From NCBI GenBank assembly GCA_051294375.1, contig CM119270.1:16760974-16798729 (forward strand): a DNA stretch of 37,756 nucleotides. Direction: 5' to 3'. Position 1 is the stretch's first letter. Every line of letters starts with the position of its first letter. This DNA is from Paraspadella gotoi. Taxonomy: Eukaryota; Animalia; Chaetognatha. The position numbers and the translations under genes are program-made. The notes under the pieces are model-generated. The model was not told the origin of the DNA. It worked only from the letters and a program-made list of their open reading frames with translations, and did no database searches. Shown piece by piece: positions 36,500-37,756 of this stretch.

Positions 36500-36760
36500 A
36501 TATCGCGTCCCTGGTCGAACCCGAGAACGAAGGATTGGGATGGTGCTCTTGGCCACATAGGATACAAGGGACTTCCCATAAACGATCAAGGAGATGACGC
36601 TTGAGGCTTCACGGCCGAGAAAAAAAAGGGGGGGGTGAAGTAGTTTTTATGGCACCATCAAATTTAAAAGTAATCTTCAAAGATAAGAAAATATCCGATG
36701 AAGCAAACGTTCGCCTCATTGAAAACCTCAAGACAAAACTGACCTCAGCCTACGTTGCTT
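36500..36760 (+). pseudogene. Possible decayed LINE AP-endonuclease fragment
   Basis: Frameshifted pieces WSNPRTKDWDGALGHIGY and GREKKGGGEVVFMAPSNLKV resemble the ETW...GY...DR..GGGV.+++...L segment of LINE APE domains. Weak. Confidence 0.3.
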
Positions 36761-37756
36761 CCCAAAACATTTTCTTCTTCGAGATGCCATCAGCGGTAAC
36801 ATTACAATGTTCCTTTTTCAAAAGTAAACCAGTAAACTTTGCCGTTCTTCGCTAGTTTCTGAAAATAACAATAAGAACTACCTGCCTTATGTGAAACTGT
36901 TGGAAAATATAGTTTCTACTCNNNNNNNNNNNNNNNNNNNNNNNNNNNNNNNNNNNNNNNNNNNNNNNNNNNNNNNNNNNNNNNNNNNNNNNNNNNNNNN
37001 NNNNNNNNNNNNNNNNNNNNNNNNNNNNNNNNNNNNNNNNNNNNNNNNNNNNNNNNNNNNNNNNNNNNNNNNNNNNNNNNNNNNNNNNNNNNNNNNNNNN
37101 NNNNNNNNNNNNNNNNNNNNNNNNNNNNNNNNNNNNNNNNNNNNNNNNNNNNNNNNNNNNNNNNNNNNNNNNNNNNNNNNNNNNNNNNNNNNNNNNNNNN
37201 NNNNNNNNNNNNNNNNNNNNNNNNNNNNNNNNNNNNNNNNNNNNNNNNNNNNNNNNNNNNNNNNNNNNNNNNNNNNNNNNNNNNNNNNNNNNNNNNNNNN
37301 NNNNNNNNCGGAGTTCAAATGGGAGTGAAACGAAAGGATCAAATATTATGGCTAAATAATTTGTTATAACAATTTCAGATTTTGCACCCAAGTAGAAAAA
37401 TCGCTGACGTTTTTTATATTCCAACTCCCAGTAGTCCAGCTTGCTTAATTTCTTAGTTATGTGCCCATTAAGGCGTAGTGAAAGTTACATACGAAAATTC
37501 TNNNNNNNNNNNNNNNNNNNNNNNNNNNNNNNNNNNNNNNNNNNNNNNNNNNNNNNNNNNNNNNNNNNNNNNNNNNNNNNNNNNNNNNNNNNNNNNNNNN
37601 NNNNNNNNNNNNNNNNNNNNNNNNNNNNNNNNNNNNNNNNNNNNNNNNNNNNNNNNNNNNNNNTTAAAAATTCTTTCATTAAGTGGGTTAAAATTTTAAA
37701 AAACTATATTTATTATATAAAGAGAAAGAGAGAGAAAGAAAAGAGAGAGGGAAAGG

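Overview
Eukaryotic (animal-like, AT-rich, microsatellite-dense) draft-genome window with five N-gaps. (1) A five-exon minus-strand gene missed by the ORF track: about 280 aa, resembling CIMIP6/C2orf73 (GDWWSH family, ciliary microtubule inner protein), with a GC-AG first intron. Its exons 2-5 occur as 2-3 tandem copies riddled with indels next to two 25-N gaps, most likely a long-read gap-filling artefact; the 3.7-kb nearly pure A/T block and the mosaic at 2.9-6.2 kb probably are too. (2) A family of tiny elements carrying minimal type I hammerhead ribozymes of the Penelope-like kind: four motifs at three loci, with compensatory stem II changes. One is a 97-bp insert with a perfect 12-bp TSD, and one lies in sense orientation in a CIMIP6-like intron. 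(3) Two unrelated families of miniature non-coding LTR elements (TRIM-like) that share the PBS TGGTGAGCCCA, a G-run PPT and TGTAG...TCCACA termini, plus a solo LTR and a 56-bp internally deleted solo LTR with its TSD. (4) An intronless 284-aa orphan ORF with a bipartite NLS and two LDxELxxFF motifs, behind an array of CCAAT boxes. (5) A spliced Gly/Ala-rich membrane protein gene, a putative MITE, DINE/Helentron-like remnants and simple repeats. Homology calls come from remembered motifs, not database searches.
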